This document shows positions 34,029 through 42,808 of a stretch of 42,808 bases of DNA, one piece after another. The stretch is from an uncultured Clostridia bacterium. GTDB lineage: Bacteria; Bacillota; Clostridia; Christensenellales; Aristaeellaceae. Position 1 is the stretch's first letter. Each line of letters starts with the position of its first letter. The notes beneath the pieces were generated by a model, which worked only from the letters and a program-made list of their open reading frames with translations, did no database searches and was not told where the DNA came from. The translations under genes were made by a program, and so were the position numbers. The stretch is taken from positions 1 through 42,808 of the forward strand of contig CAMJXZ010000001.1 of assembly GCA_946409855.1 (NCBI GenBank), in the 5' to 3' direction.

Positions 34029-35465
34029 CAGCCCCAGCCGCTGCCACTGCTCTTTGGGCGCGTCCGCCTCCGCCATCAGCCGGCTCAGCGTGCTCTCAAA
34101 AACGGCATGCAGCGCCGGGTCCCGGATGGGGGACAGCTGGCGGGGGTCGCTCTCAAGATCGTACAGCACGGTGCCGTCCGCCTCAAGGTCCCTGACCACA
34201 TCCCCGGCGCCGGACCGGAACCGCATGACCGGCAGGCCCTTGGTAAAGGAAAAGCCTTCCGACCGTTCCATGGTTTTGAGTTCATCCCCGGTAAAAAAGC
34301 CGTCCATGTGCGTGGGCAGAAGGGTGTACTCAAAGAGCGGCGCGTTGCCCGGAAGCGGCGCGCGGACGTAGAAATACCGGCCGTCGGTGCAGCAGACATG
34401 GCGGCCGAACCAGCCGAAGAGCGCGCCCGCACGCACGGGCTCGTCCCGCTCCAGCACGGGCAGAAGATCCCTGCCCCGCATGTCCGGCGGAAGCGGCGCG
34501 CCGAAAAAGGTCAGCAGGGTAGCCGGCAGGTCGATGGTCTGCACCAGAGCCCCGCGCCGGACGCCCGCCTGCCCGCACCGCGGGTCCCAGATAAACAGGG
34601 GCGTATGCACCACTTCTTCATAGGGGCGCATATAGTTCTTGGCCCAGTAGCCGTGCTCGCCCAGCATGTAGCCGTGGTCCGTACACACGATCAGCATGGT
34701 GTCGCGCCACAGATCATACCGGTCAAAGGCGTCCAGAACGCGCCCCAGGCTGCAATCGCACATGGACAGCAGCGCGGCGTACCGCCTGCGCACGTGGGTG
34801 ACCGTGTCCTCCCCTTCCGTGACCGGCTGATACCGGGGCCAGTCCATCTCGGGCCCGGCGTACGCTTCCGGGTACAGCGCGCGGTACTTTTCCGGGGCGA
34901 AAAAAGGCTCGTGGGGGTCAAAGGCCTCCAGGTGGAGCAGCCACCGGTCCTTTTCCCGGTTGTCTTCGATAAAGCGGAGCCCCGCGTCAAAGGTGAGCGT
35001 CTGCGGATGGACGCTTTCTTCGCCCATATAGCGGCGGTTGACGCGGTCCTGCCGCCGCAGGTCGTGGTGTCCCGTCTCCCCCGCCGCGCCCTTCCAGGGA
35101 TCCCCTTCCTGTCCGCGCACGCCTTCCCAGGTGGAATAGCGGGTGTGATAGGTCGCGCCACCGTCCTGCCAGTAATGGTAATGGTCGGTGGTCAGGTGGG
35201 TATGCACCCCCATCCTGCTCAGGATCTCGGGCATGGAATCGTCAAAAGGTTCCACGGGCCCCCAGGAGCGGTGCAGGAAATGATACCGCCCCGTATGCAG
35301 CTCCCTCCGGGCGGGCATGCAGGGCAGGCCGCCGGCGTAGCAGGTGTCAAACTGCACGGCATGGCCGGCCAGCCGGTCAAAATTCGGCGTGACCGTTTCC
35401 CGGCAGCCGTAGGGCGAAAGCATATGGCGGTTCAGGGAGTCAAACATGATCATCACAGCGCGCAC
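33984..35465 (-). CDS. Cys-type sulfatase
   Basis: FGly motif LPCMPARRELHTG (C-x-P-x-R), N-terminal MIMFDSLN metal-site region, CTDHGYMLGEHG. GTG start at 35465 lies 8 nt after GGAGGG. The last 14 codons and the stop lie inside repeat copy 2. Confidence 0.85.
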   Translation of the reverse strand: MRAVMIMFDSLNRHMLSPYGCRETVTPNFDRLAGHAVQFDTCYAGGLPCMPARRELHTGRYHFLHRSWGPVEPFDDSMPEILSRMGVHTHLTTDHYHYWQDGGATYHTRYSTWEGVRGQEGDPWKGAAGETGHHDLRRQDRVNRRYMGEESVHPQTLTFDAGLRFIEDNREKDRWLLHLEAFDPHEPFFAPEKYRALYPEAYAGPEMDWPRYQPVTEGEDTVTHVRRRYAALLSMCDCSLGRVLDAFDRYDLWRDTMLIVCTDHGYMLGEHGYWAKNYMRPYEEVVHTPLFIWDPRCGQAGVRRGALVQTIDLPATLLTFFGAPLPPDMRGRDLLPVLERDEPVRAGALFGWFGRHVCCTDGRYFYVRAPLPGNAPLFEYTLLPTHMDGFFTGDELKTMERSEGFSFTKGLPVMRFRSGAGDVVRDLEADGTVLYDLESDPRQLSPIRDPALHAVFESTLSRLMAEADAPKEQWQRLGLILISDKTAKSCTHL

Positions 35466-35483
35466 AGCCGTTCCCTCCCCTGT

Positions 35484-36362
35484 TCAGACGGCGCCGGCCA
35501 GGAGCCTGCCGGCCAGTTCGTCATGAATGACCCGCCGGACCTCCGGACCCCAGAAATTCCCTTCGTGCTCCGCCCCGTCCACATAATACGCCCGGACAGA
35601 CGCGCCGGCGTCCCGCAGCGCCTTGTACATCCGTTCCGTCTGTTCGCACGGCAGGACCGTATCCGCGGTCCCGTGAAGCAGCAGAAAGGGCGGATATTTT
35701 TTGCCCGGCTTTGCCAGCAGGGCGGGGCTGTACTCCGCCAGCCGGGCCTGCCACGAAGACCGGTCCGGCCCCAGCATCCTTGTCAGGCGCTCCTCCGTTT
35801 TCTCCCGGTTCTTTTGAAGCCGCTGGGCAAACAGCGTCACCAGCTCCGCGGGGCCGAAGCAGGAGACCACGGCGCAGACGGCGTCGCTCTGCTCCGGGTA
35901 TTCTTCGGTGCGGTAGCGGGGGTCGTCCCCCGTCACCCCCAGCAGGCACACCGTATTGCCGCCGGAAGAGGTGCCGAAGGCCGCCACCCGCTTTGGGTCG
36001 ATGTGGTATTCCCCGGCATGGGCCCGAAGATAACGGACGGCGCACTTTACGTCCAGCAGAAACGCCGGGAACGGGTGGCCGTCCAGGGTGCTGCGGTGGC
36101 TCACCGTGGCGACGGCGATCCCTTCTTCCGCAAAGCGCGACAGCATCGGCAGCTCATAATCAAGGTCGGGCGTCGTCCACCCGCTCCCCTGCACAAACAC
36201 GATCAGCGGCGTCGGCGGGATATCCCCCCGCCGGTCCCGGTGCGCCCAGGGCAGGACCAGCGTCAGCGTCTGCCCATTCCGGGAATAGACCACATGCTGC
36301 TTCAGCTCCGCCTGGCCCGAAAGCAGCGGGTTCATGGGCAGATGGCCGATCTGCTCGATCAT
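35484..36362 (-). CDS. alpha/beta hydrolase (esterase/lipase-like)
   Basis: Nucleophile elbow FGTSSGGN, oxyanion-type VFVQGSGW, LLLHGTADTVLP. GGAAGGAGG RBS. Confidence 0.75.
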   Translation of the reverse strand: MIEQIGHLPMNPLLSGQAELKQHVVYSRNGQTLTLVLPWAHRDRRGDIPPTPLIVFVQGSGWTTPDLDYELPMLSRFAEEGIAVATVSHRSTLDGHPFPAFLLDVKCAVRYLRAHAGEYHIDPKRVAAFGTSSGGNTVCLLGVTGDDPRYRTEEYPEQSDAVCAVVSCFGPAELVTLFAQRLQKNREKTEERLTRMLGPDRSSWQARLAEYSPALLAKPGKKYPPFLLLHGTADTVLPCEQTERMYKALRDAGASVRAYYVDGAEHEGNFWGPEVRRVIHDELAGRLLAGAV

Positions 36363-36383
36363 GGGCAGGCCTCCTTCCGTCCG

Positions 36384-37733
36384 TCAGACCTCATCGGGCG
36401 CGAATACAAAGGTGCTGATGCTGTCCCCCTCCAGGACGGCGGGCCATACCCGGTCCCGCAGCCGCAGGAAAAAAGACAGCTTTTCAACCCCGGGGTTCAT
36501 GACCGCCGCGCAGACGGAGCCGTCCGGGTTCTGAACCGCGGCGGCCTCCAGGCTGCCGCTGAACCGGCTCAGCCCGATCCGCCGGGCGCCTGGCCGGATG
36601 AAACGGCTGAAATGCCCGATATAATCGTAAGAAAGGTTTCGGGTAAGCTCCCCGGTTCGGGTGTTGTACATCACCGGCGCGTCGCAGTAGTTGCCCACAT
36701 GGTTGGGCCCGCCCTGTTCGTCCAGAAGCAGGTTCCAGTCCAGGAACACGTTCATCCCGGCGTTCAGGCTGCCGATCAGCTCGTGGGCGTACATCCGGGC
36801 GTTGCGCAGCTGGCTGTTTTCCCCGTAGACGCTGTATTCCACGCATGCCTCCGAAAAAACGATCCGCTTGTCCGGAAAGCGGTCGCGGATCATCTGCAGC
36901 GCCTCAAAATGATCGCCGCTGTACCAGTGCACCGCCACGCCGTCCACCATTTTTTCCGTTTCAGCGTCTGAGAGGGTTTCGCAGGCCCGGTCGAACAGCC
37001 GTTCTTTGTTGTGATCCCAGATCAGGATCCTCACATGGGAAAGCCCGTTTTTCTGCAGCGCCGGATACAGCGCGCCGCGGATGAATTCGCCTTCCTCAGC
37101 GCCTGTAAACAGACAGGAATCCCACGTCTGGCTCGCCTTCGGCTCGTTCTGGACGGACAGGAAGCGCGGGCGGATGCCGGCCTTTTCCGCTTCCCGGAGA
37201 TAGCGGCAGATGTATTCCGCCCACAGGCCGTAGTATTCCTTTTTCAGCTTTCCGCCGTGCTTGCGGGAGCCGTTGGTTTTCATCCAGGCGGGCGGTGACC
37301 AGGGGGTGAACATCATCTGGATGGGCTTTCCCGCCGTTTCCTGCGCCCGGCGGAGCAGCGGCAGCACGTAGCGCATCGGACGCTCCATGTCAAAACGGGC
37401 AAGGGACCAGTCGTCCGGGACGTCGTCCGCGGCATACATGCCGCATGAAAAATCGCAGCTGTCAATGGAGGTGCGCCCCAGGGTATAGCCGAGGCCTTCC
37501 GGGGAAAAACAGTCCAGAAGGAACTGTTTCTGCGCCGTTTCCGGCATCAGGGAAAACACATAGCCCGCCGCGTCCGTGAACGCCCCGCCGAAGCCCTCGA
37601 CGCACTGGTATTTCATCTGCGGGTACAGGTTGACCACGTCCTTTTCCCGGCCGGCCTGCTTCTCATCGTGAAACAGCTCCAGGACAGCGCTTTGTTTCTT
37701 TCCGTCCCGGAACAGCGTTGTGTATTGCTTCAT
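36384..37733 (-). CDS. glycoside hydrolase family 30 (glucosylceramidase-like)
   Basis: VEGFGGAFTDAAGYVF (compare the GFGGAMTDAAA signature of GH30), SPWSPPAWMK, LSVQNEP (acid/base), FSEACV (nucleophile region). Confidence 0.8.
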   Translation of the reverse strand: MKQYTTLFRDGKKQSAVLELFHDEKQAGREKDVVNLYPQMKYQCVEGFGGAFTDAAGYVFSLMPETAQKQFLLDCFSPEGLGYTLGRTSIDSCDFSCGMYAADDVPDDWSLARFDMERPMRYVLPLLRRAQETAGKPIQMMFTPWSPPAWMKTNGSRKHGGKLKKEYYGLWAEYICRYLREAEKAGIRPRFLSVQNEPKASQTWDSCLFTGAEEGEFIRGALYPALQKNGLSHVRILIWDHNKERLFDRACETLSDAETEKMVDGVAVHWYSGDHFEALQMIRDRFPDKRIVFSEACVEYSVYGENSQLRNARMYAHELIGSLNAGMNVFLDWNLLLDEQGGPNHVGNYCDAPVMYNTRTGELTRNLSYDYIGHFSRFIRPGARRIGLSRFSGSLEAAAVQNPDGSVCAAVMNPGVEKLSFFLRLRDRVWPAVLEGDSISTFVFAPDEV

Positions 37734-37748
37734 GTCTGCCGCTCCTTT

Positions 37749-38744
37749 TTATGATTCACGGATCCTGCACGAATGGCGGACGACGATGTCCCCCGGGATG
37801 CGGATGATTTTTCCTTCTTTTTGGGCCATCAGCCGGAAAACCTCTTTGGCTGCCTCTACGCCCAGCACCTCCATATGGGTGCGGATGGTGGTCAGGTCCG
37901 GGGTGACGTACCCGGCCAGCTCATGGTCGTCGCAGCCGATCACGCTGACGTCCTCCGGCACGCGGACGCCGAATTCCTTCAGCGCCTCCATGCAGCCCAG
38001 GGCGCTTAAGTCGTTGGCCGCGAACACCGCGTCGGGCAGCTGCCTGCCTTCCTGCAGAAAGCGGTGCATGGAACGGTAGGCGGCGGCGCGCTCAAAGCGC
38101 CCGGACAGAATGTTTTCTTTTTTGAGCGCCAGGCCCGCCTCCCGCATCGCGGTTTCAAAGCCGGCCAGACGCTGGATGCTGTCGTAGTTATTGGGCACGC
38201 CGAAGATGTGCATCAGGTTCCGGTGCCCGAGCCCCATCAGATATTCCGCCGCCATCCTGCCGTGCTCGAACGATTCATAGATGACGCTGGAAATGTTCCT
38301 GCCCGCGGCTTCCTGGTCCATGAACACGATGGGAATGGCGCTCTTCATCAGCTGCTTTTTATCCGCGCCGCTCAGGCCCCCGAACATGATGATCGCGCCG
38401 TCGACGCTCTGGCTCTGCAGCCGGGGAAGGGGCGACTTGTCCTCATCCACGATAAAGATCTGCAGCTCATACCCGTACTTCTGGCACAGGTAATGGATGG
38501 AATCCGCCATGTTCCCGTAATAGCTGCCCGTCATGGAGGTCACGAACAAGCCGATGTTGTGGGTCTGCGCGGCGCGGAGCTGCCGCCCGTTCACATTGGG
38601 GATGTAATTGAGCCGCTTGGCCGCTTCCAGCACATGCTCCCTGGTCTTGGGCTGCACCACGTCCGAGCCGTTGAGGGCGTTGGACACGGTTGCGATGGAA
38701 ACGCCGGCTTCCCGCGCCACATCCTTGATCGTAATCTTGCTCAT
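37749..38744 (-). CDS. LacI-family transcriptional regulator
   Basis: N-terminal HTH ITIKDVAREAGVSIATVSNALNG and a periplasmic-binding-fold C-domain, 331 aa. Confidence 0.9.
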   Translation of the reverse strand: MSKITIKDVAREAGVSIATVSNALNGSDVVQPKTREHVLEAAKRLNYIPNVNGRQLRAAQTHNIGLFVTSMTGSYYGNMADSIHYLCQKYGYELQIFIVDEDKSPLPRLQSQSVDGAIIMFGGLSGADKKQLMKSAIPIVFMDQEAAGRNISSVIYESFEHGRMAAEYLMGLGHRNLMHIFGVPNNYDSIQRLAGFETAMREAGLALKKENILSGRFERAAAYRSMHRFLQEGRQLPDAVFAANDLSALGCMEALKEFGVRVPEDVSVIGCDDHELAGYVTPDLTTIRTHMEVLGVEAAKEVFRLMAQKEGKIIRIPGDIVVRHSCRIRES

Positions 38745-38778
38745 GTCATTCCGCCTTCTGCCGCGCCCCGCCGGCGCG

Positions 38779-40410
38779 TCAAGTGTCGATATCCGTGATC
38801 AGGGTCTCGATGTCCACGCATCCCCGCACGGTTTTCAGCTTCAGCACGCAGGCGTCCGCCTTTTTTAAGTGCATGCTGGACAAAACCTGCTTGTGCGGCG
38901 CGGCGCTTAAGTCGAACCGCCCCAGCAGCGTTTCATCCTGGTACACTTCCAGCACGGACCTTTCCTCCGCGTAGGTGGCCACCTCCAGCCGGGACAGCAC
39001 CGTCACATCGTACAGGGAATAGCAGGCAAACTCCCCTTCCCGGAGCCTGAGCACATACCGCGCCCAGTCCCCGTCAAAGGCAAAGCGCTTTTTCTGGTCC
39101 GGATAGCGGCAGTACAGCTGCATGCCGGTGTTCCGGCGGTATCCGGTTTCGCAGGGCGTCGTTTCCGAATGGCTGTAGGACTGACCGGGGCCGGGCAGCT
39201 CGTCAAAATCCGTGCCGGCGATGGTGCAGCCCGGCAGCCTGAACACGTTGGCCGCCAGCTTTTCGTTGATGTGGCAGTTTTCCACCAGCATGTTTTTGAG
39301 GTAATCATTCAGGATCTTCTGGGCCTTCTCATAGCCCGGATGGACGCCGCTGCGGGCGTAATCCAGGATCAGCTGCCAGCCCACGGGCGGGATCACCGAG
39401 CAGGGGGAGTTCTGACAGTTCATCTTCTTCCACGGCCACATGTTCACGCCGATGTTCAGGCTGGCCGCCAGCGGCATCAGGGCGGAGAACCATTCCATGG
39501 TATTCTCCCCCGTTTCCCCCAGCCACAGCGGCGCGTTCAGCTTTTCGGACAGCTCCAGCCACGGGGTGAACGCGGAAATATCCGGCGGGCAGCCGTAGCG
39601 GTGAAAGTGGATCACCATTTTGGGGTCATAAGAATGGGTGAAGATCCCGGTTTCCGTGGCCCAGTGGTGGCCTTCCAGGGTGATCAGGTGTCTTTGGTCC
39701 ACCCTGCGGATGCGTTCGATGCACTGTTCATAGAATTCAACCAGCCGGGGCACATATTCTTCCAGGTCGGCATCCCCCGGGAAGCGCACGGGGCGGATGG
39801 GCTCGTTGAGCAGGTCGTATCCCCCGACGATCCAGCGGTCCGCGTACCGCCCGGCGATCTTTTCCCACAGGCACAGGCCCTTTTCAAACTGATCCCGGTC
39901 CATCAGCAGGCGGCACACATCGTCCAGCGAATCGTCGATGTTCGCGCCGGTCTGTCCGCCGGGGGCCCCGTGCAGATCGATGAAGGCGTACAGCCTGTAC
40001 TGCTCGCACCAGCCGATCACCCGGTCCAGGCATTCAAACCCTTCCTCCAGGAAATTGACGCCCGGGCCTTCCCGCATGAACAGGCGGGCGTTGATGGGGA
40101 TGCGGACGGAATTGTAGCCCATTTCCGCCATCATCTGAATATCGTTCTCGGTGATATAGTTCGTACGGAACTTTTTCCAGAATTTATCCGCCCAGGCTTT
40201 CCCGGCCAGTTCTTCCACCACGGCCTCGATGCGGCGGGGACGGTCGAAGCGGGGCAGATCATGGGCCAGCCACATATAGCCCTCGCACAGCAGCCAGTTG
40301 CCCAGGCCCCAGCCCATCAGCAGCACTTCATCCCCCGCGCCGTTCACGATCCGCCGGCCGTCCACATCCAGAAAACCGTTGACCCGGCTGCGGCTGACAT
40401 TCTTTTTCAT
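38779..40410 (-). CDS. glycoside hydrolase family 5 protein
   Basis: GYNSVRIPI, GYDLLNEP (acid/base NEP), LWLGETGE (nucleophile region). The ATG at 40410 is preceded by GAGGA; the 30-codon extension in the ORF track overlaps an intercistronic hairpin. Confidence 0.8.
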   Translation of the reverse strand: MKKNVSRSRVNGFLDVDGRRIVNGAGDEVLLMGWGLGNWLLCEGYMWLAHDLPRFDRPRRIEAVVEELAGKAWADKFWKKFRTNYITENDIQMMAEMGYNSVRIPINARLFMREGPGVNFLEEGFECLDRVIGWCEQYRLYAFIDLHGAPGGQTGANIDDSLDDVCRLLMDRDQFEKGLCLWEKIAGRYADRWIVGGYDLLNEPIRPVRFPGDADLEEYVPRLVEFYEQCIERIRRVDQRHLITLEGHHWATETGIFTHSYDPKMVIHFHRYGCPPDISAFTPWLELSEKLNAPLWLGETGENTMEWFSALMPLAASLNIGVNMWPWKKMNCQNSPCSVIPPVGWQLILDYARSGVHPGYEKAQKILNDYLKNMLVENCHINEKLAANVFRLPGCTIAGTDFDELPGPGQSYSHSETTPCETGYRRNTGMQLYCRYPDQKKRFAFDGDWARYVLRLREGEFACYSLYDVTVLSRLEVATYAEERSVLEVYQDETLLGRFDLSAAPHKQVLSSMHLKKADACVLKLKTVRGCVDIETLITDIDT

Positions 40411-40438
40411 CGCGTTCCCATCCTCGTTTTTAAGAGAC

Positions 40439-40492
40439 CTGCCGGAGAGGAAGCACCTCCCCTCCGGCAGACCGGTTTCAGCAATTATAGCA
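40439..40492 (-). promoter_or_regulatory. intercistronic hairpin plus extended -10 box between the SBP and GH5 genes
   Basis: The minus strand reads TGCTATAAT (40484-40492) just after the SBP stop. It is followed by a ~13-bp stem CUGCCGGAGGGGAGG...CCUCUCCGGCAG (40439-40470) with no clear U-tract. Confidence 0.35.
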
Positions 40493-40503
40493 CATTTCAA
40501 AGA

Positions 40504-42030
40504 TTATTGGTAGCCGTATTCTTCGCAATAGTCCATCCACTGCTCGGTGAAGCCGTCGCGGCAGGCCTGCAGCCCGGCGTCCGTCACCTTCTGACGGAAT
40601 TCGGCCACGGCCGCGTCCACATCGTCCACCAGGCCGGCCTGGAGGGGCGCCAGATACTGCCGCATCACGTTGGAAACTGCGGTGCGCTGGAACTCGTATT
40701 CGGTGTAATCCTCGGTGAAGCCGCCGTAGATGTTCACGTTCGGGAACTTCGATTTCTGGGCGATCTCGTTGTACTTGTCAAACATGGCCTGCAGCGCCAC
40801 GTCGGATTCCTGCGGGAGCTTGTAGTCGTTGACGCGCAGGTTCCAGGTGTTGAAGTTCTCATACTTGAAGTCTTCGCTCAGTTCTTTGTAGAGGCCGTCC
40901 ACCACGTCGTAGTGCACGCCCTTGATGCCGTACTGGACCAGGTCGTTCATCTCCTGGTTGGTCATCAGGTAATTCAGCACCATGGCGCAGCGTTCGGGGT
41001 ACTTGGTGCCGCGGACGATGGCGGTGCCGTTCTGGGTGGCGTGGCCGGGGAACAGGACGCCGGTCACCTCGCCGTAGGTGATGTACGCGCTTTCCCATTC
41101 GGGGTGTTCCTTGGCGAAGGTGTTCGCGGAGGAAATCTGCTTGTTGGGGTTCATGCCCGCCACTTCGGCGATGCACAGGCCGTTGTTGTAGGCTTCGCTG
41201 TCGTTGCTGTCGCTCAGGGCGCTCTTGCTCCAGAAGCCCATGTCCGCCCACTTCTTGAGCAGCTTCATGTCTTCCACGAAATCGTCGGAGAACCAGTAGT
41301 CGTACACCTGGTTGGGGGTATCGTAATTGGCCGCCAGGCCGTAGGGCAGACCGTTGTTGCCCACCCAGGGATACTTGATATTGAGGATGGTGGCGGCGTC
41401 AAAGGCCACAAACAGGGAACTGGCGCTCTCGCTGGTGGTGCAGCGCAGGATGGGCTGGTCGGGCTCGTTGGCCTTGACACCGGCAAAATACGCTTCGATG
41501 TTCTCCAGGCTGTCCGGATAGGGCAGGTCGTACTTGGCCCGCAGGTCCTCGCGGTATTTGATGCCGATGGGCACGTATTCGGGCCACAGGGCGGGCACGG
41601 CGTACAGCTCGCCTTCCACGCGGCACATGTTCAGCATGTCCTCGCCGGCCAGCGCGCGCAGTTCGGGGGCGTATTCGTTCAGCAGGTCGTCCAGCTCCAG
41701 GAAGGCGCCGGCGCGGGCCAGCAGGCCGTAGTTCAGCCAGTTGGCGATGTAGATCAGATCCGCGCCGCCGGAAGTGAGCTGGGTGTTGTATTTCAGGCTG
41801 AAATCCGTCCAGGTGGAGAACTGGAAGTCGATCGTGGCGTTGAACTTTTCCTTGAGGATGGCGTTGATGGCGTCTTCCACCACCGCTTCATCCTTGGGCG
41901 CGTCCCCCATCACGTAGAAAACCAGGTTGGCTTCCTGGGACAGGTCATCCGCGGCCACGGCGGAGGGGATCAGCGCCAGGCACAGGGTCAGGGCGAGCAG
42001 AACGCTCAGCAGTCGGGTCAGGTGTTTCAT
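40504..42030 (-). CDS. ABC transporter extracellular solute-binding protein (large CUT1-type)
   Basis: The ATG at 42030 follows AAAAAGGAGGA. Signal peptide MKHLTRLLSVLLALTLCLALIPSAVA. About 500-aa SBP body immediately downstream of a permease gene. Confidence 0.85.
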   Translation of the reverse strand: MKHLTRLLSVLLALTLCLALIPSAVAADDLSQEANLVFYVMGDAPKDEAVVEDAINAILKEKFNATIDFQFSTWTDFSLKYNTQLTSGGADLIYIANWLNYGLLARAGAFLELDDLLNEYAPELRALAGEDMLNMCRVEGELYAVPALWPEYVPIGIKYREDLRAKYDLPYPDSLENIEAYFAGVKANEPDQPILRCTTSESASSLFVAFDAATILNIKYPWVGNNGLPYGLAANYDTPNQVYDYWFSDDFVEDMKLLKKWADMGFWSKSALSDSNDSEAYNNGLCIAEVAGMNPNKQISSANTFAKEHPEWESAYITYGEVTGVLFPGHATQNGTAIVRGTKYPERCAMVLNYLMTNQEMNDLVQYGIKGVHYDVVDGLYKELSEDFKYENFNTWNLRVNDYKLPQESDVALQAMFDKYNEIAQKSKFPNVNIYGGFTEDYTEYEFQRTAVSNVMRQYLAPLQAGLVDDVDAAVAEFRQKVTDAGLQACRDGFTEQWMDYCEEYGYQ

Positions 42031-42126
42031 GGGAATCCTCCTTTTTGTTATGTTTGTTCTATTTGGAAGGCACATCCCGTGCCTCCGGGCACAAAGCGGG
42101 GAAAGACGGCGGTTTGGCATGCCACG

Positions 42127-42808
42127 TCATCCTTTTACGGCGCCGATGGTGATGCCGCTGACAAAATACCTTTGCACAAAGGGGTAGAACAGGAGCACCG
42201 GGCCCGTGGCCACCACGGCCATGGCCAGCTTCACCGTCTGGGTGGGCAGGTCGGTCGTGTTCAGGCTCACGTTCTGGGCCATCTGTCGCATGGCCATGGT
42301 GGAGTTCACCATGTCGTACAGGTAAAACTGCAGGGACCAGGTCGCGCTGCTGGTGGAGAACATGGAGGAGCGGTACCAGTCGTTCCAGTAGCCCAGGGCC
42401 TGGAACAGGCCCACGGTCGCCAGGCCCGGCCCCAGCACCGGCAGCACGATCCTCCAGAAAATCGTCCAGTGGCCCGCACCGTCAATCTTGGCGGATTCCA
42501 CCACCGCGTCGGGCACGGAGCCGGTGATGAACGTGCGCATCAGGATGACCAGGAAGGGCGACATCAGCGCCGGGAACCAGATGGCCAGGGTGGTGCCCCG
42601 GAGGTTCAGGACGTTGGCGTACATCATGTACCAGGGGATCATGCCGCCGCCGAAGATGGTGGTAAAGTAAATCAGGAAGGAAACGTTGTTGCGGTATTTA
42701 AAATCCTTCCGGGAAATCACGTAGGCCGTCAGGGTGATCACCAGCAGGCCGAAGGCCGTGCCCATGAACGTATAGTAGAAATTCATTTTGTATGCCTGGA
42801 TGATGCCC
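42127..42808 (-). CDS. carbohydrate ABC transporter permease (5' end outside the window)
   Basis: EAA loop ESAKIDGAGHWTIFWRIVLPVLGP and multiple TM helices. The frame stays open to the window edge (..GIIQAYKMNFYY), so the M at 42786 is probably internal. Confidence 0.85.
   Translation of the reverse strand, partial: GIIQAYKMNFYYTFMGTAFGLLVITLTAYVISRKDFKYRNNVSFLIYFTTIFGGGMIPWYMMYANVLNLRGTTLAIWFPALMSPFLVILMRTFITGSVPDAVVESAKIDGAGHWTIFWRIVLPVLGPGLATVGLFQALGYWNDWYRSSMFSTSSATWSLQFYLYDMVNSTMAMRQMAQNVSLNTTDLPTQTVKLAMAVVATGPVLLFYPFVQRYFVSGITIGAVKG

Noticed and set aside
34107-36971. 954-aa plus-strand ORF spanning the sulfatase, esterase and GH30 genes
   Set aside because: It crosses three independently supported minus-strand genes, including their intergenic RBS regions, and has shadow-frame composition.
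1-42808. tRNA, rRNA, CRISPR arrays, integrase/transposase genes, prophage modules
   Set aside because: I could find no T-loop/acceptor-type tRNA signatures, rRNA-like regions, regularly spaced direct repeats or recombinase motifs in any frame.

Overview
High-GC, Firmicutes-like (Oscillospiraceae-type) chromosomal segment with about 33 supportable CDS and no rRNA, tRNA, CRISPR array or transposase gene. Because of the GC content, almost every real gene carries a long R/G/P/A-rich shadow ORF on the opposite strand; I rejected these. Layout: (1) 1-13.3 kb, plus strand. This block holds a comM/yifB AAA+ ATPase, a SLOG(DUF1273)/sigma-70 region-4 fusion, a sharply AT-rich ~1.4 kb island with one DUF6273-like secreted protein, several hydrolases, an ATP-grasp enzyme, a histidine acid phosphatase and a Tet(M)/Tet(W)-like ribosomal-protection GTPase paralog. 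(2) 13.4-32.4 kb, a tightly spaced minus-strand supercluster, the most unusual part of the window. Upstream is a membrane-anchored non-canonical Hsp70-like ATPase with two small membrane proteins (one with a GrpE-like C-terminus by eye) and a secreted RCC1-repeat protein. Next come a tandem-HTH regulator and a Zn-ribbon Ser/Thr kinase with an extracellular BspA-type LRR domain. Last is an RNA heal-and-seal set: SAM methyltransferase, ATP-dependent RNA ligase, HD + P-loop kinase fusion, two signal-less LRR proteins, and KptA/Tpt1 RNA 2'-phosphotransferase translationally coupled to a 4-TM protein, followed by a trypsin-fold protein whose catalytic Ser appears replaced. (3) 32.7-42.8 kb, a glycan/sulfated-substrate utilisation locus: anSME, Cys-type sulfatase, esterase, GH30, LacI, GH5, and an ABC solute-binding protein plus permease. 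Non-coding signals are two copies of a MITE-like inverted-repeat element, three copies of a GTCTAC-N5-GTAGA(C/T) hairpin/palindrome, and a structured ~300-nt intergenic RNA candidate ending in an intrinsic terminator. All family calls are by-eye motif recognition; no searches were run.
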